A stretch of 64,000 nucleotides of DNA, taken from assembly GCA_013239625.1 (NCBI GenBank), contig MU056000.1, forward strand, positions 992,001 to 1,056,000. The letters are read 5' to 3'. How positions within the stretch are numbered: position 1 is the first letter of the stretch; each line of letters opens with the position of its first letter. Below, one piece after another: positions 1-11,947 of the stretch. The stretch comes from Lama guanicoe (taxonomy: Eukaryota). The translations under genes were made by a program, and so were the position numbers. A model generated the notes under the pieces. It searched no databases and was not told the DNA's origin. It saw only the letters and a list, made by a program, of their open reading frames with translations.

Positions 1-689
1 GAGGGGGCAGCTGGTTGGGAGCCAGCAGCAGCTCCCTAGCGGGGAGCTGCTGCGGTGGCGGCGGGCCCATGGGCCCGTGCCTGGGCACTCCTGGCTCTGG
101 TTCCGGTTCCTCTGCTGTGGGCGAGCGTCTCCGGGTCCGCAGCTCTGGCGGGAGGGTCGATGCTCTCCCTGCTCTTAGTGTGAGCGCTGGTGCGGGGCGG
201 GACTGGCTCCCCGCCGAAGGCGGCCAAGATCTCCCTTCTTTCCCTTCATTTACCACCTTGAAAATAATGCGTTGATTCCCTGCAGTAAGGAAGCAAATGG
301 TTTAAAAACCTCTCTGGGGACCATGGATGTAATCGTGTTGTGTTTCGGGCCTTTGCAGTCATGGTTCCCTTGTCCCTCAGGAGCCCCCGGGCCCAGGTGC
401 CCTCGCATCCAGGAGCCCTTGCCCCCAGGACCCTCGCTTCTCAGGTGCCTCGTCTGTCACCCCATGTGGAGCAGCCGTGGGGGTCCGGGGCTTCCTCCCC
501 CAGCACAGCGTGGCTCAGGCTCACCTGTCACGTGTCCTGCTTGGGGCCCAGAACCAGCTGAGTGTTCAGAGCCCTGTCCAGTCAGAGTGAGTGGGAGAGG
601 CGGGGCTCCCTGCCCTGGGGCTAGTCGCTGCCTCTACCCTTTTCCAGCAGATGAGGGGTGGGGAACAGCTGACACGGCCGGTGGGGTGG

Positions 690-792
690 GATGTTAGTAT
701 CCGCGAATCCAGTCAAAAGGCAGGTGAGAATTTCCTGTTCTTGTAGTTCTTGCAACTTTTCTGTGAGTTTGAAATTATAGCCAACTGAAAAG
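690..792 (+). mobile_element. ancient L1M (L1MC/ME-like) 3' end fragment in NDUFS6 intron 2
   Basis: tcttgcaacttttctgtgagtttgaaattat...aaaag is the typical terminus of old mammalian L1 3' UTRs. Confidence 0.6.
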
Positions 793-982
793 CAACTGCG
801 CACGTGTGTTAAGTTGCTGTGTGCCTGGGAGATGCACGGTGATGATGCTTAAGTCGAGCGGTCTGTGCCCTTGCCGGGAGTGTGCGAACGTCCGTGGGTG
901 CTGCCTGCGTGACTTTAAACTCCGTGCACGTGTCCAGTTTCTGCACTTGTCTGTACAGGCTTTTCTGTCTCTCTTGCTCCAG

Positions 983-1105
983 GTGAATGAGAACTTTGCC
1001 ATCGATCTGATAGCAGAGCAGCCTGTGAGCGAAGTCAGAAGTCGAGTCATATCGTGTGACGGCGGCGGGGGCGCCCTGGGCCATCCGCGAGTTTACATAA
1101 ACCTG
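983..1105 (+). CDS. NDUFS6: NDUFS6 penultimate coding exon (exon 3), NADH:ubiquinone oxidoreductase subunit S6
   Basis: Translates as [41 protein letters not shown], matching NDUFS6 (zf-CHCC: CDGGGG..GHP). Acceptor ttttctgtctctcttgctccAG ends at 982 and donor GTAATG starts at 1106. The exon is 123 bp, phase 0/0. Confidence 0.97.
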
Positions 1106-1865
1106 GTAATGCACCGCCCACCCCCGGCCCGACCTGTCCTGTCCTGCCCACCCTCCATGGCACTCTCCCACCTGGCCTTGGCGCAGACCGCGTGAACGAT
1201 AGGGACTGAGCCACGGTGTCCAGGGCACCTCTTGTCTGACCCATGTGTGATGCCCTTAGTGTCACCAGCGCTGCGCCACCTTCCTCCCAAACACATGGGG
1301 TGTGTCTTTCCCCAGGAACCCTTGCCTCCGCGCCTGTGTTTATGTCCCTGAGGGATGCACACATGGAGCCTTGGAGAGCCGCACGCAGGGCTGGGGCCGA
1401 GGAGGCCCCGCGCGGTAACACCCGCGTGCGGGCGGGGAGGGGAGGCTGTCGGCAGGACCCACCGCCGCCCCTTCTGCTGAGTCCAGGCTGGACGCCAGCC
1501 CTGCGGGTGGGCCTCTGCTCGGCACCCTGCCCTCCAGTCCTTCCAGGGTGCAGCCTGCCTCGTGGGCTGGGAGGGTGGACAAGGACTCAGCCGCGGGGCC
1601 GGCAGTGGCTTCGTGCTGACACTTTTCTGTCCTTGCGGCATCGCTGGAGGCGACTGCATGTTCCCGGGCGAGGAGCCTGTGCCCCAGCAAGTCGGGTGGA
1701 GCCCGGGACCCCTGGCACAGCCACGCACGCCCGGCATTTGGCAGTGAGCTCAGAGCTGCCCCAGCACCCCTCGGTGGTGGTGTGTACTTCTGTGGTCTGA
1801 AGTCTACACCTGTCTAGATTTGAAGTGGAACTTAAACAGGAACTCTTTCCTTTTGAATTTTTTAG

Positions 1866-1931
1866 GACAAAGAAACAAAGACAGGGACGTGCGGCTACTG
1901 TGGCCTGCAGTTCAGACAGCACCACCACTAG
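1866..1931 (+). CDS. NDUFS6: NDUFS6 terminal coding exon (exon 4)
   Basis: After acceptor tttgaattttttAG (ends 1865) it reads DKETKTGTCGYCGLQFRQHHH-stop (TAG 1929-1931). It supplies the CxxC half of the zinc site and is in frame with the 983-1105 exon across a 760-bp GT-AG intron. Confidence 0.97.
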   Translation, partial: DKETKTGTCGYCGLQFRQHHH

Positions 1932-2312
1932 GGCGGCGCGGCGCGGCGGGCCGGCCAAGGGGGCGCTCTCCTGGACGGCCGCGCACGGCTCAGCTCTCCC
2001 CGAAGGCTCGGAAGTCGCACATTCACCTAGGAGGGGGGCTTGGAGCAGGTCCCCTCTGCGGTCCTGTCCCCTCTGGGGTCCCACTGGGTGCTTCTGGGCT
2101 GCGGGGAGGGTGCCATGGCCACGCGAGGCTGGAGCTCCTGGCCCGTCTCCGACCTGCGGTCACACTTTCCTTCCGTCTGATGGATGGTCCAGCGTCTTCA
2201 GTCCCAGGAAGTTCAGTATCCATTTGAAGGTGGTGGTGGGTCACACGTGGGCTGGGTTAAGTACAGTCTGAATATTTTAAAGAGTAATAATTATGATGTA
2301 TTGTAAAACAAA

Positions 2313-2318
2313 AATAAA
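2313..2318 (+). terminator. candidate NDUFS6 polyadenylation signal
   Basis: First AATAAA I find after the stop codon, preceded by two TGTA (CFIm-type) motifs at 2297 and 2302. There is no clear downstream GU-rich element. Confidence 0.5.
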
Positions 2319-3789
2319 AGTAAGACTGAAGAAAGAGGGAGGAGGCTTGGCTGCGAATCAGGGGGAAGGTGATGACAGGCCGAGGGGTCTCCCCAGAGCG
2401 GAGGCCTGGGCTGAGGGGAGCCTCTGGCTGGGTCACAGGGGCACAGTGAGAGGGGACACACGTGGTGAGTTCTGATTATTGGAGATGAGGTGGTGAAACT
2501 CTCAACTTTGGAGAAGAGAAACCCATTTAAGCTTCTGGATGAAAGAACAGAACCACAGTGGGAGCTACCAGAGGGGCGCCTGGTGCTCCGTGGTCAGGCC
2601 TGGGAGCCGGACGACAGTGCCCACCGTCAGGAGTCCTGGGCGTGGCTACAGTGGCGGTCACCCGTCAGGGAGGGCCATCTCTGTGGCGGGGAGGATTCGG
2701 GGGCCGCTCCTGGCTCCAGGCAGCCCCTGGGGGAGGTGGTGAGTGGGGCCGCGCAGCTCCGTGGGCTGGTGCGCACAGTGGGCACAGCCCCAGCTCCTCG
2801 GGTGGGAGCTGCAGGGCTGGGCGGTCCGGCGGTGGGCCTGGGCTGGCCCTGCGAGTGGTCTGGGAGGTGGGGGCTCGGAGAGGGAGGTGGGGATGGGCAT
2901 CCTGGGGTCTCAGTGGGGCTGGGGGGTGGTGCTGGGGGAGCCTGGAGTAGGTGAGAGCCCGTCAGCCTGACCAGGGCAGTGGGTGCGTGATGATTTCAAG
3001 CACTGAGAACGTGTCTGAGTGGGAAGGGGCCGCTGAGGGGGCGTGGCTGGAAGTGGGTGCAGGGAGTGCGTGGGGTTGGGTGACAGGTCCCGCACACAGG
3101 GAGGCCTCGGAACCTGGGCCAGACGGCACGGCGGCCGGTGGGAGGGCCAGGCCGAGCCCCGGGCTGCTGGGGTCCTTCTGCCTGTGACCTGCGCAGGGTC
3201 TAGCCTCACGTGGGTGTCGGCTTTTGCCCGGTGCTTTGCCTTCACCTCTGGGACTCGGTGCTTTTTCCTGTAAGCGCCTGACGGGGTGAACTGCACTGAT
3301 GGCTCTAAAGTGAACCTCTGCTTTCCCGGGGGAGCCCAGACCCTTCCCTGTGCTGTCCCCTCTGTCTGTCCTGAGGTCTTGGCGCCAGGGTCGTGCTCAC
3401 CTGCAGTTGGGGGGGCCCCCATTTTCTGATCAAGAACCCCGGGAAGTCCTCTGGGCCTGGCCTGGCCAGCTGTGGGCAGACCGGCTGCGGCTCTGGCTCC
3501 CGTGGTGGTTCAGGGCTCCGCTTTCTTCTCGAGCTGGTTTTGGTAGCTGGTGGTTTTTTCCCCTAGAATTTCACTGTTTTACCTAAGTTTTCAACGTTGC
3601 TGGCACGAAGCTGCGGGGTGTCTACGCTCCCCTCCGTGATGGAGGCTGTGCTCTTGGTTCTGTGACTCACCCGCGCCCGGCACGAGCCTCTCACGAGTGT
3701 GAGTCGTTTTCGTCTCGAACAAGACATCCTGCCTTGAGTCTCCTCTGCTGGTGCGTCGTTTGGCTGCACCGACTTCATTAAGTATTTTC

Positions 3790-4080
3790 ATGGTTTTTTT
3801 GTTTTAGTCCTTCGCAACTTTAATGTATGTTTATGCTTTTGTCTCCAACATACAATATACTTGGTATATTGTACACCAAACACACCTGGTTTTTATCCAG
3901 TTTAAAATCCTGTCTCCCAGCTGGAGAGTTCAGTCCATTTTTACGTCATGTAACGGCTGACGTGTTGAGGTTCAAATCCACCGCCTCGTTCTGTCCTATC
4001 TGTCCCAGCACTTTTGTGCTTCTCTTTCTCCTTTGCTTGAAAGAATTTGTGTTTTCATTCTCTTTTCCCTGTAAAACAAG
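3790..4080 (-). mobile_element. degenerate ancient L1M fragment
   Basis: T-rich tract containing ttttatccagtt...gagagttcagtccattt...ttcaaatccaccgcctcgtt, resembling antisense old L1 internal sequence. Boundaries are approximate. Confidence 0.4.
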
Positions 4081-5399
4081 TTGATTTTTCTTCAAAACAG
4101 GAAAGTCAGGTGAATACTGGGACACATGATGGCAGCTCATTAGATTAAAAAATTCTTAACACACCAGTTGCAGTCGGTGTCAGCGGCTGCCTTCACACGT
4201 GAGGATCACCGGGCTTCACCACCTACCCTCCTCCCTTAGAACCCTCTGGGAAGGTCCTCCGTCCCCCCATGGGTCCCATGTGGGTGGGAGGGGTCAGCCG
4301 CTGCGCCCAGGGCTGGGGACCTGATTGCTTCTGCTGCTCCCCCCCCCCCAAGCAATGAGCAGGAGCGGGTCCGCGTGACGTCCCCCTTGCGCAGTCCCTG
4401 GGCTTCCAGGCCCTGCCTCTGCCTACCCAGTTGGGTCCACCTGCAGGGTCGCTCTGGGGGCTGAGTGAGCAGGGATGGTAGGCGGGCAGCGGGCTGTCAG
4501 GAGTCAAGTGCACTTTCCCATGAGCCAGGCTGGGCCTGCCCCCCATGTCGTGTTTGGCCCGCAGGTACGAAGGAGTTGCAGCGGGCTCTGCCATGTGAGG
4601 GGTGTGAGGTCAGGGATCCACCCTGACCTCAGCCCCAAGCGTGCAGATGGCTGATGACCAGAGTCCGCCCCGGCCAGTCCAGGTGTGCGCACCCACGGCA
4701 CCTGCGCGAGGCCAGGTGGGTCAGGGCCTCGCCCGGGGCGCTGAGGTCACTGACATGGGGGCGAGCTCAGTGCTGTCCTGGGGGGCCCAGGCCGCCCCCT
4801 CTGCCTGGCCATGCTGGGTCCCACTGGGCCAGAACGAGGGGCGGGGGCTCCTGGGAGGGCTTCACCTGTACGTGCGCAGCGGTTCCCTGGTTTTATGGCA
4901 GATGTTTGATCTGGTTCCCCATCCTGCAGTGAGCTGGTGACTCACGTCAGCCCTCAGGTGGCTGTCATGGGTGCAGGGCCCCTTCTCCCGGCTTCAGTCA
5001 CCTGCTGCCAACTTCCTTCTGAAAGTACTAAGTGGGTACTTTCAGAGGTAATTCGTAAGTGATGCATTTCCAGGCATCCTGAGCAGCGCGATGCGGTCTC
5101 CCATCTCCTGCCCCGTCCCGTCCCGCCCACGAGAGTCAGCCCTGTGCCCGCGTGTCCACCCGGAGTCACTTGCCGCTTCTTGGTCGGCAGCTCTGGTGTC
5201 TCGGTACGGCGATGCTTGTGTTCAGGTGACTCTGGTTTTGCCTAGCAGTGGCCCCAGCATATAAGCGTGTGTGCAGGAAAACACAGCAACGTGGGGCGGG
5301 GCGCCGTCTGTGGCTTCAGGCCTCCTCTGGGGGTCTTGAAAAGTATCTACGGGTGGGGGGGGCAGTGAGTCTGGGAGTCCAGGCAGAAACGTGCTGTTT

Positions 5400-5730
5400 C
5401 CTGTGGCTGGTGCTTCACTCAGTCTCAGGGAGGCTGAGTCATGGGGTTCCAGGGCCTCTCGGGGCCTCGATCCCCCCAAGGGCCGAGCCAGTGGTGTTTC
5501 CAGCCCCCCCAGCTTCTGGAGGTGCCCACAGTCCTTGGAGCTCCTGGGCTGGTGGTCCCCCGTCTCTGCCGCCCCTCCCCACCTCTTTGTCTCCACGTGG
5601 CCACCTTGTAAGGACACCTGTCCTTGGGTTTAGAATGGCCTTGTCTTAGCTAGTTACACCTGCAAAGACTGATTTCTAGATAGGGTCCAATCAGAGGTTC
5701 TAGGAGGGCGTGAGTCGGGACGCTCACCCC
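5400..5730 (-). mobile_element. MLT1 (MaLR) solo LTR, degenerate
   Basis: Motifs ccagcttctggaggtgccc...tccttgg, taaggacacc, tagttacacctgcaaagac..atttc..ataggGTC..agaggttctagg follow the antisense MLT1B/C layout. Confidence 0.7.
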
Positions 5731-6330
5731 CAGGACAGGGAACAGGGTGTGCTCTCACTGCTCTCCCAGGACAGCGCTGGGAAAGCAGGCGGGAGGAAGG
5801 CCGGGTCCTGCGGCCACTGCCCGGGAGGGGTGGCGGGGCTTGTGCTCAGATGCACGCCGGGTGCGCAGCGCGGGCTCCACACCAGGGGACCAGCCCGCCT
5901 ACACTGAGGTGGGCGTCACTGCCCAGCGCCCCCCCGGGGCTCAGCAGAGTGGTGCCTGGGGGGTGGGGGCGGCTTCCCCGGGCGAGGAGGCAAAGGTAGG
6001 GATGTTTTCTTTCTCTCTCTGAAACAATCTTCGGAATAAACACACACACTGGAGTATTTGCGGAAGAAAGTAAGTGGCATGGCCGTCTGCCAGTTCACCT
6101 CGAGGCAGAAAAACGGCAAGAACTGTTTCTGAGGTGAAATGGAAGAAAGGCAAACCCATTCACCGGGAGTGCTGGGGAGCAGGGTTTCATCGGGGGGACC
6201 AGCCGCCCCGGGGAGGGGCCGCTCCCACCGAGGGTCAGACGTCACGTGGTTTGTGACCCTGCAGCTCGGGGGCATCGGTGTCTCCAGTTCAGTGCACGGC
6301 AGGTGCGTGTGCGCCCGTGTCCCTGTGCCC

Positions 6331-6599
6331 NNNNNNNNNNNNNNNNNNNNNNNNNNNNNNNNNNNNNNNNNNNNNNNNNNNNNNNNNNNNNNNNNNNNNN
6401 NNNNNNNNNNNNNNNNNNNNNNNNNNNNNNNNNNNNNNNNNNNNNNNNNNNNNNNNNNNNNNNNNNNNNNNNNNNNNNNNNNNNNNNNNNNNNNNNNNNN
6501 NNNNNNNNNNNNNNNNNNNNNNNNNNNNNNNNNNNNNNNNNNNNNNNNNNNNNNNNNNNNNNNNNNNNNNNNNNNNNNNNNNNNNNNNNNNNNNNNNNN
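6331..6599. other. assembly gap (N run)
   Basis: Run of N flanked by GC-rich low-complexity sequence. Confidence 0.99.
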
Positions 6600-9500
6600 C
6601 CCACCCTGCACGGCCCCGCCCCGCCCCGCCGTGCAGGTGAGGAAAGTAAGCCAGCAGAGGGTGCAGCTCCGGAACGTCTGTGAACGGCCCAGACCGTCCA
6701 GCACCCCCAGGACCGCAGAGGGGCTGGTTCTCGTCTGTGGGGCTGGACCTGCACCGGACCGGGTTGACTCCCGGGGTCACTGAAAGCAAAAGTCAAAATG
6801 CAACCGCTTGACTTTTGCCGAGAGGAACCGTGTCACCTGGATGGAAGGTGAGGTTTGATGCAGAGAGTCCATGGAGACGGGACCCCACGCGGACCCCACG
6901 GCGCTCGCCTGCTGTGGAAGCAGCGTTTTGTCAGCAGGTTCAGGGCCCTCACTGAGGTCTGGTCTTGTAAGTGCCCTTGGCTTCCTGGAAACAGGCCCCC
7001 AGCCCCGTGGCCTCCAGGCTGAAACCACGGTCAATTCTCAGCACAGACCAGAGGAAAAATACACCACCTGCCCCTGGGAACCCCTTAGACACACCCTCCT
7101 CCTCTAGGTGTCAGGGCCCTCCTGACCCCTGCTGCACAGGCGGGGTGGCTCCGAGGGCAGGTGGGAGGCCGCAGCGGGCACCCAGGGTCTGACTCCAGCC
7201 GAGGGAGGGATGGCAGCCGTGCAGACGGGTGGACGTGACGGTGTCCACCGGAATGAGGCGGGGATGCCGAGGAAGGGGTCCTGCGGGACTCCGTCCACCA
7301 CTTGAGGGGCCACAGCACCCCTCGCTGAGAACTGCCCTCCGTGCACCAGGACTGACATCGGGAGGTGCTGTCCTGCCACCGGGCCCCGTGCCAGCAGGTG
7401 ACAGGACTCCAGGATAGCGGAGACCCTCAGGGACCCAGGGTGCGGTTCCGAGGGACCAGTATCCACCCACTGCTCTCCGGGGCTGTGGTCAGAGCTGTGG
7501 GGCAATTCTTCACACGAGGACGAGAAACATGGACAGAAGCTCAGAAATTGCCTGACCTGCACGGCAAAAACAAAACCAAAACTGACCCTGTCTCCATCTC
7601 CAGGTCTATGGAGCCTGGACAGGGGGCGAGGCTGGGTGTGGAGGGACCCCCACCTGTGTGATGTGATCAATACATGGTCCTTCCCAAGGACACGGCGGCC
7701 CGTCTGCGGAGCAACTGGGAGCTGGGGAGGAGACGGCTTTTCCTGGACTGTGGAAGGCGGGTCTGAGGGGACACCCAGGACAACAGCACCGAGCAGAAGG
7801 ACCGGGAACGGACGCCCACCCCGCCTTCCCGGGAGCAGCAGGCCACGCAGTTCACCTGGAAAGGAGAGGCACGCGGAGTTAGGACTAGCCACACCTGGAC
7901 CTTTGGAAAAGACATTGACCTGGCTGTGGGTCAGGCCTGGAAGAGGCGGAACTGGATGACCCGGGAGAAAGCATCGGCTAAAGGATAGGCCGGGGGGATC
8001 GGCACCAGCATGGCCTCGGGCGGGTGGCTGTCGGCTGTGTGGGGGTCTCAACACCGCGTGCATATACGTGTGTATATACCTGGAACCTGCCGTGGGGGAG
8101 GGACCAAGCTGTGCGAGGGCCTCTCGGGGGCCCCTCCCTCCCACCAGGCCTGGCAGGGGCTTGTCTCCCCAGCTCAGAGACCAACGCTGGGCGCTGGCTG
8201 TGCCACCTTCCCTCACGGGCCAGCCAGGGCCTCGGTGAGCCGGTTCCATCAGGCCCCCTCCACTCTGGAGCGGGAATTCCTTCCTGCTGGGAGCGGCACT
8301 CCCTCCCAGTCCCTAAAGGAGTCTCGCCTGTGAACCGGTGTCTGCCCCGCTGGGCTGCATGTGACCCCAGGACCACGTCTCACCAGGCTCTCGCCCCAAC
8401 ATCCAACCTGATGGAAGGGAGACACCGAGCCGGACGCCAGGTGAGATGGCACTTTAGGGTGAGGAGCTCACGGGACCCTGCTCTGCAGGGAGCAGCCAGG
8501 AAACGCAGGGCCGTCTCTGTACAAATGGCGGCCCTCGGACGAGGTAGCCACTGCCACTTAAACCCACACAGAGTATGGAACGTGATGGCCTGATCGATCG
8601 TGTCCAAGTGTCATTTTTTAGGCCGAGTTCTTTTAGCAAAGTGACTCTCTACCCACCTACTTTAAATTTTCTCTGACGTGTCAGTGCCGTGTGCTGGGCA
8701 GAGGCGCAGAGGTAGGCGCTGTCACTGCAGAGAGAATTACCTGCCAGAACTACACTCCTCCTTGTCCACTCGTGTCCAGACGTGGGCGTGAGAGGCTTTC
8801 AGACGTGAGGACTTTGAGGCCCCGTGAATGGAGGGTGGAGCGTGCGTGGCTGCCCCCCTGCTGAGACCTGGAGCCTCGTGGACGGGCCGCGACGTAGGTG
8901 AAACAGGCTCACTGGACTCCAGCCCCCAGACACGTTGTTTCAGGGCAGATGTTGTCTTCAGGGTGGACACAGCAGCATGCGGGGAGCAGGGCAGACTTGG
9001 GGGCAAAGGTCAGCACCCCGGGGCGGCTGTGTCTGCCCGGGGCTCTGAGGGAGCTGGGTCCCCGTGCCCACGGGACGTGAAGACAGGGACTGCCAGCCTT
9101 GGCCGGGAACCTGTCCTTGGGGGACAGTGCACCCCGACTTCTTGGGGGCCACACTGCCTCTCATTTCTCCTTAGGGGATGGAGGGCGCAGGCTTTGAGGT
9201 CAGATCCGTCCCCGGGGGATCCACCACCTGCTCACCTGTGTGGAGCTGCAGGACCGGCCCCACCGTGGGGGTGCCAGGGGCACCCTCGAGTCCAGGAGAG
9301 ATGGACAAAGGCCACCAAACATGTTTCCGGGACAGACACAGAGACGGGGGCAGGAGAGAGAGGAAGGGCGCCTCGTGAGGAGAGCTGTTGGAGTGACCGG
9401 GACGGAAGGCCTGTCCCCTCCAAGGAGACATCTCCATGTCAGGAGGTGGGCGGTGCTGGAGGGGCCAGGGTGGCCGAGGGGGCTGGTCACTGCACTGGGG

Positions 9501-10191
9501 GCTCCCCTCCCAGGCAGACCTGGAGGGGCAGGGCGGGGGTGCACCTGCCCCAGAGCTGCCCCCTGGGCCGCCGCCTCACCATCCCCCCGACAAAGCACCC
9601 CCCTCCGTGTCTGCTGGCTCTGCGGCTCAGGAGTGAGGAAGACGGAAATGAACACCACTTCCTCAGACTCTGGGCTGGGTACGTGGGGGACTGCTGGATT
9701 TCAGGTTTTCACCTGGATCTGCGCTTACCCTTCAGTCCCTGAAAGTCTGTGGCCTTGAACCTCTGCTTTATCCTGAAATCCCTGAGGTTTCATCTGGAAC
9801 GAATATTAATTCCCCGTAATAAACTTAAAAGAAAGGCAAACCGTCCGCGGGTTAGCGGTTTCTAGAGGCGATGAAGAAAGTCCCCAAAGCCACGGCCAAG
9901 TCCGTCTCTCCCGGGCGGAGGGCGCGCGGTGGTCACAGTCGGTTACTTGCTCTGTAGCCGCCCCGGCCAGACCAGACAGCTCGGAACCGGGCGGCCTCTG
10001 GCCACAGCGGCCGACTTGCTGCTGCGACCTGATCTGGGGAAACACTTCACGTAAAGTGAGACGCTCGGGGACCCACCTGCTCACCTGGGGGACCTTGCCT
10101 GCTCTAGACCCACTGGGTATGGACACCATCGGCCCAGCCTGAGGACAGGCCGCTGGACGGGGTCTGGGTGTGGGCCCTGCCAGCCCCGGCC

Positions 10192-10210
10192 TGTCCACCA
10201 GGGGGCAGTG
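10192..10210 (+). promoter_or_regulatory. CTCF binding motif (forward orientation)
   Basis: TGTCCACCAGGGGGCAGTG contains an exact match (CCACCAGGGGGCAG) to the CCASYAGRKGGCRS core consensus. Confidence 0.65.
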
Positions 10211-11923
10211 GTGCATAATCGTGGCCGCCAGTCCCGGAGGGTCGGCCCCTGGGCTGTGACCACAGAGTCCAGCAGCCCTTTAAGCTGCTGACACCCGGCA
10301 GGTCCACGGCAGAAAGGCAGAGACCTTTCGGGAACGATGCGGCCTCTCAGACCTGCGGGGAAGAGGCACGGATGCACGGGGCCACATCCTGAGGAGTCTC
10401 AGCTCCACTCTGCAGACAGAGCTGCGGAGGCCCCGCAGGAGGCTGGTCCTGGCCTCGACCCTAGGGCCGGTGCTGGGTCCCCTGGTCCCCTCCCCAGTGT
10501 GTCCTTCAGCTCCAGCGACCTGCCGGAGCCGTCTGGCAGGATGTGCTGACCCCGGGAGGCTTCCTCTGGTCGGCCCAGTGGCACGTCCAGTCCCACGGGT
10601 GGGCACGGGGAGGTGACTGCGGAGGGAGGGCTCCTGGGCTGCAGCTCCTGTCATGAGGCCCACGGGCTCTGCGGCCGTAGCAGGGCTGGGCTTCCAGGTG
10701 GACACCGCCTCCTGCCTGGTGTCTCAGCCAGGAGGCACCTTCTTCCCGGGGGGGTGATTGGCTGGGCCTAGAGACAACCTTGCCAGCCGGGACCCCCGTG
10801 ACGGGCCGGACCTCCCGCTGGCTGGGCTTCTGCCTCGCTGGCTGCTCAGCGTGTTCTCTGCGCGCTTCTTGTAAAACGGAGCCGCTGAGGCTCCCAACCA
10901 TCGGGGCGTTTTGCTTGGAGGGGGGCTGTGGGCGGGGGTCCGGGTCCCTGCGTCCCTGCGTGACTAGCGGCCGGACCCTCCCGTCTGGGAGATGCTCTTT
11001 CCTCGTGCCAAACCGCGCTGGCTTCCTTGGAGGCTGGGATCAGTATTACAGTACTAATTTATCAGATGTGGGGAGATTTTAAATTTCATTCTTGTGCAGT
11101 TATTTAAAATTTAAAATGATAACGTCTAACCCAATTAAATTTCAGCTGATCACTCTCCAAATGCACAGTCTTATAAAATATGAATCAGGAGTCTTAAGAA
11201 CTCTGATAACAACTTAATCTCCACGTCGGCGATCTGCTCTGGGGCCCTCCTGCCACAGTGCGGACCTCAGGAAACAGAGAGGGGCAGAACCAGGCCGGTC
11301 CAACTCCAAGGATTCTCCCCCGCCAGACTCAAAGTTCCATGACCATTTCACGCACAGACAGTTTCTTCTCCTGTTTTGTAATGATTATGCTTTTTTATTT
11401 GGCCTTTCTCTTCGGGGGTTTCTGGCATTTTCATAATTTCGAGGCTCCAGTGGAGACAGCCTGCTTTCAGCCTCGCGCAGCGTCAGCAGGGCGACCGGGG
11501 GGCGCGGCCCCACCCTGTCATCCCGCAGCTCTGCCTCCCATCTGGTTTGCGTGTTTAGACCCAGCCTGCCAGCCTCCGACAGTGGACTTCCCTTTCCAGG
11601 AACACCCAGCACGGGTGGCCCTGCCCGAGGGCCTGGAAATCCACCGGGTCCCACCAGGCAGGGAAGTCGGCAGGACCCCGCTGGACCCTCGATGAGATGC
11701 CGGGCAGAGCCTGGCTCCTGGGGTCGGTCCAAGCGGAACTCAAATCCAGGCTTGCTAGGGACCAGTTGGGGCAGGAGCCTCTCGTGGGCACCCGCCCCCT
11801 CGCCTGCAATGCGAGATTATGGGAGGCCCTCCCCGTAGAGTGGCCGTGGCCGTAAGTTGTCTGGAAGCTCGGAGCCAGCGCCCCCAGCGGGTGTGGACAG
11901 GGGACCCGGGCTCCAGAGCCTTC

Positions 11924-11947
11924 GCTCGCTCGCTCGCTCGCTCACTC
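11924..11947 (+). repeat. (GCTC)5 tetranucleotide microsatellite
   Basis: gctc x5 followed by actc. Confidence 0.9.

Noticed and set aside
806-1195. 129-aa ORF containing the NDUFS6 motif
   Set aside because: Only 983-1105 is exon. The flanks are intronic read-through beyond canonical AG/GT sites.
5916-6796. ORFs spanning N runs (also 55151-55900)
   Set aside because: Their length is an artefact of untranslatable gap bases.
7104-8249. 381-aa minus-strand ORF, and similar long ORFs at 8828-9742, 11755-12708, 52732-53691 and 56885-57940
   Set aside because: Pro/Gly/Arg/Ala-rich with no recognisable domain and overlapping ORFs in several frames. This is expected from stop-codon scarcity in very GC-rich DNA.
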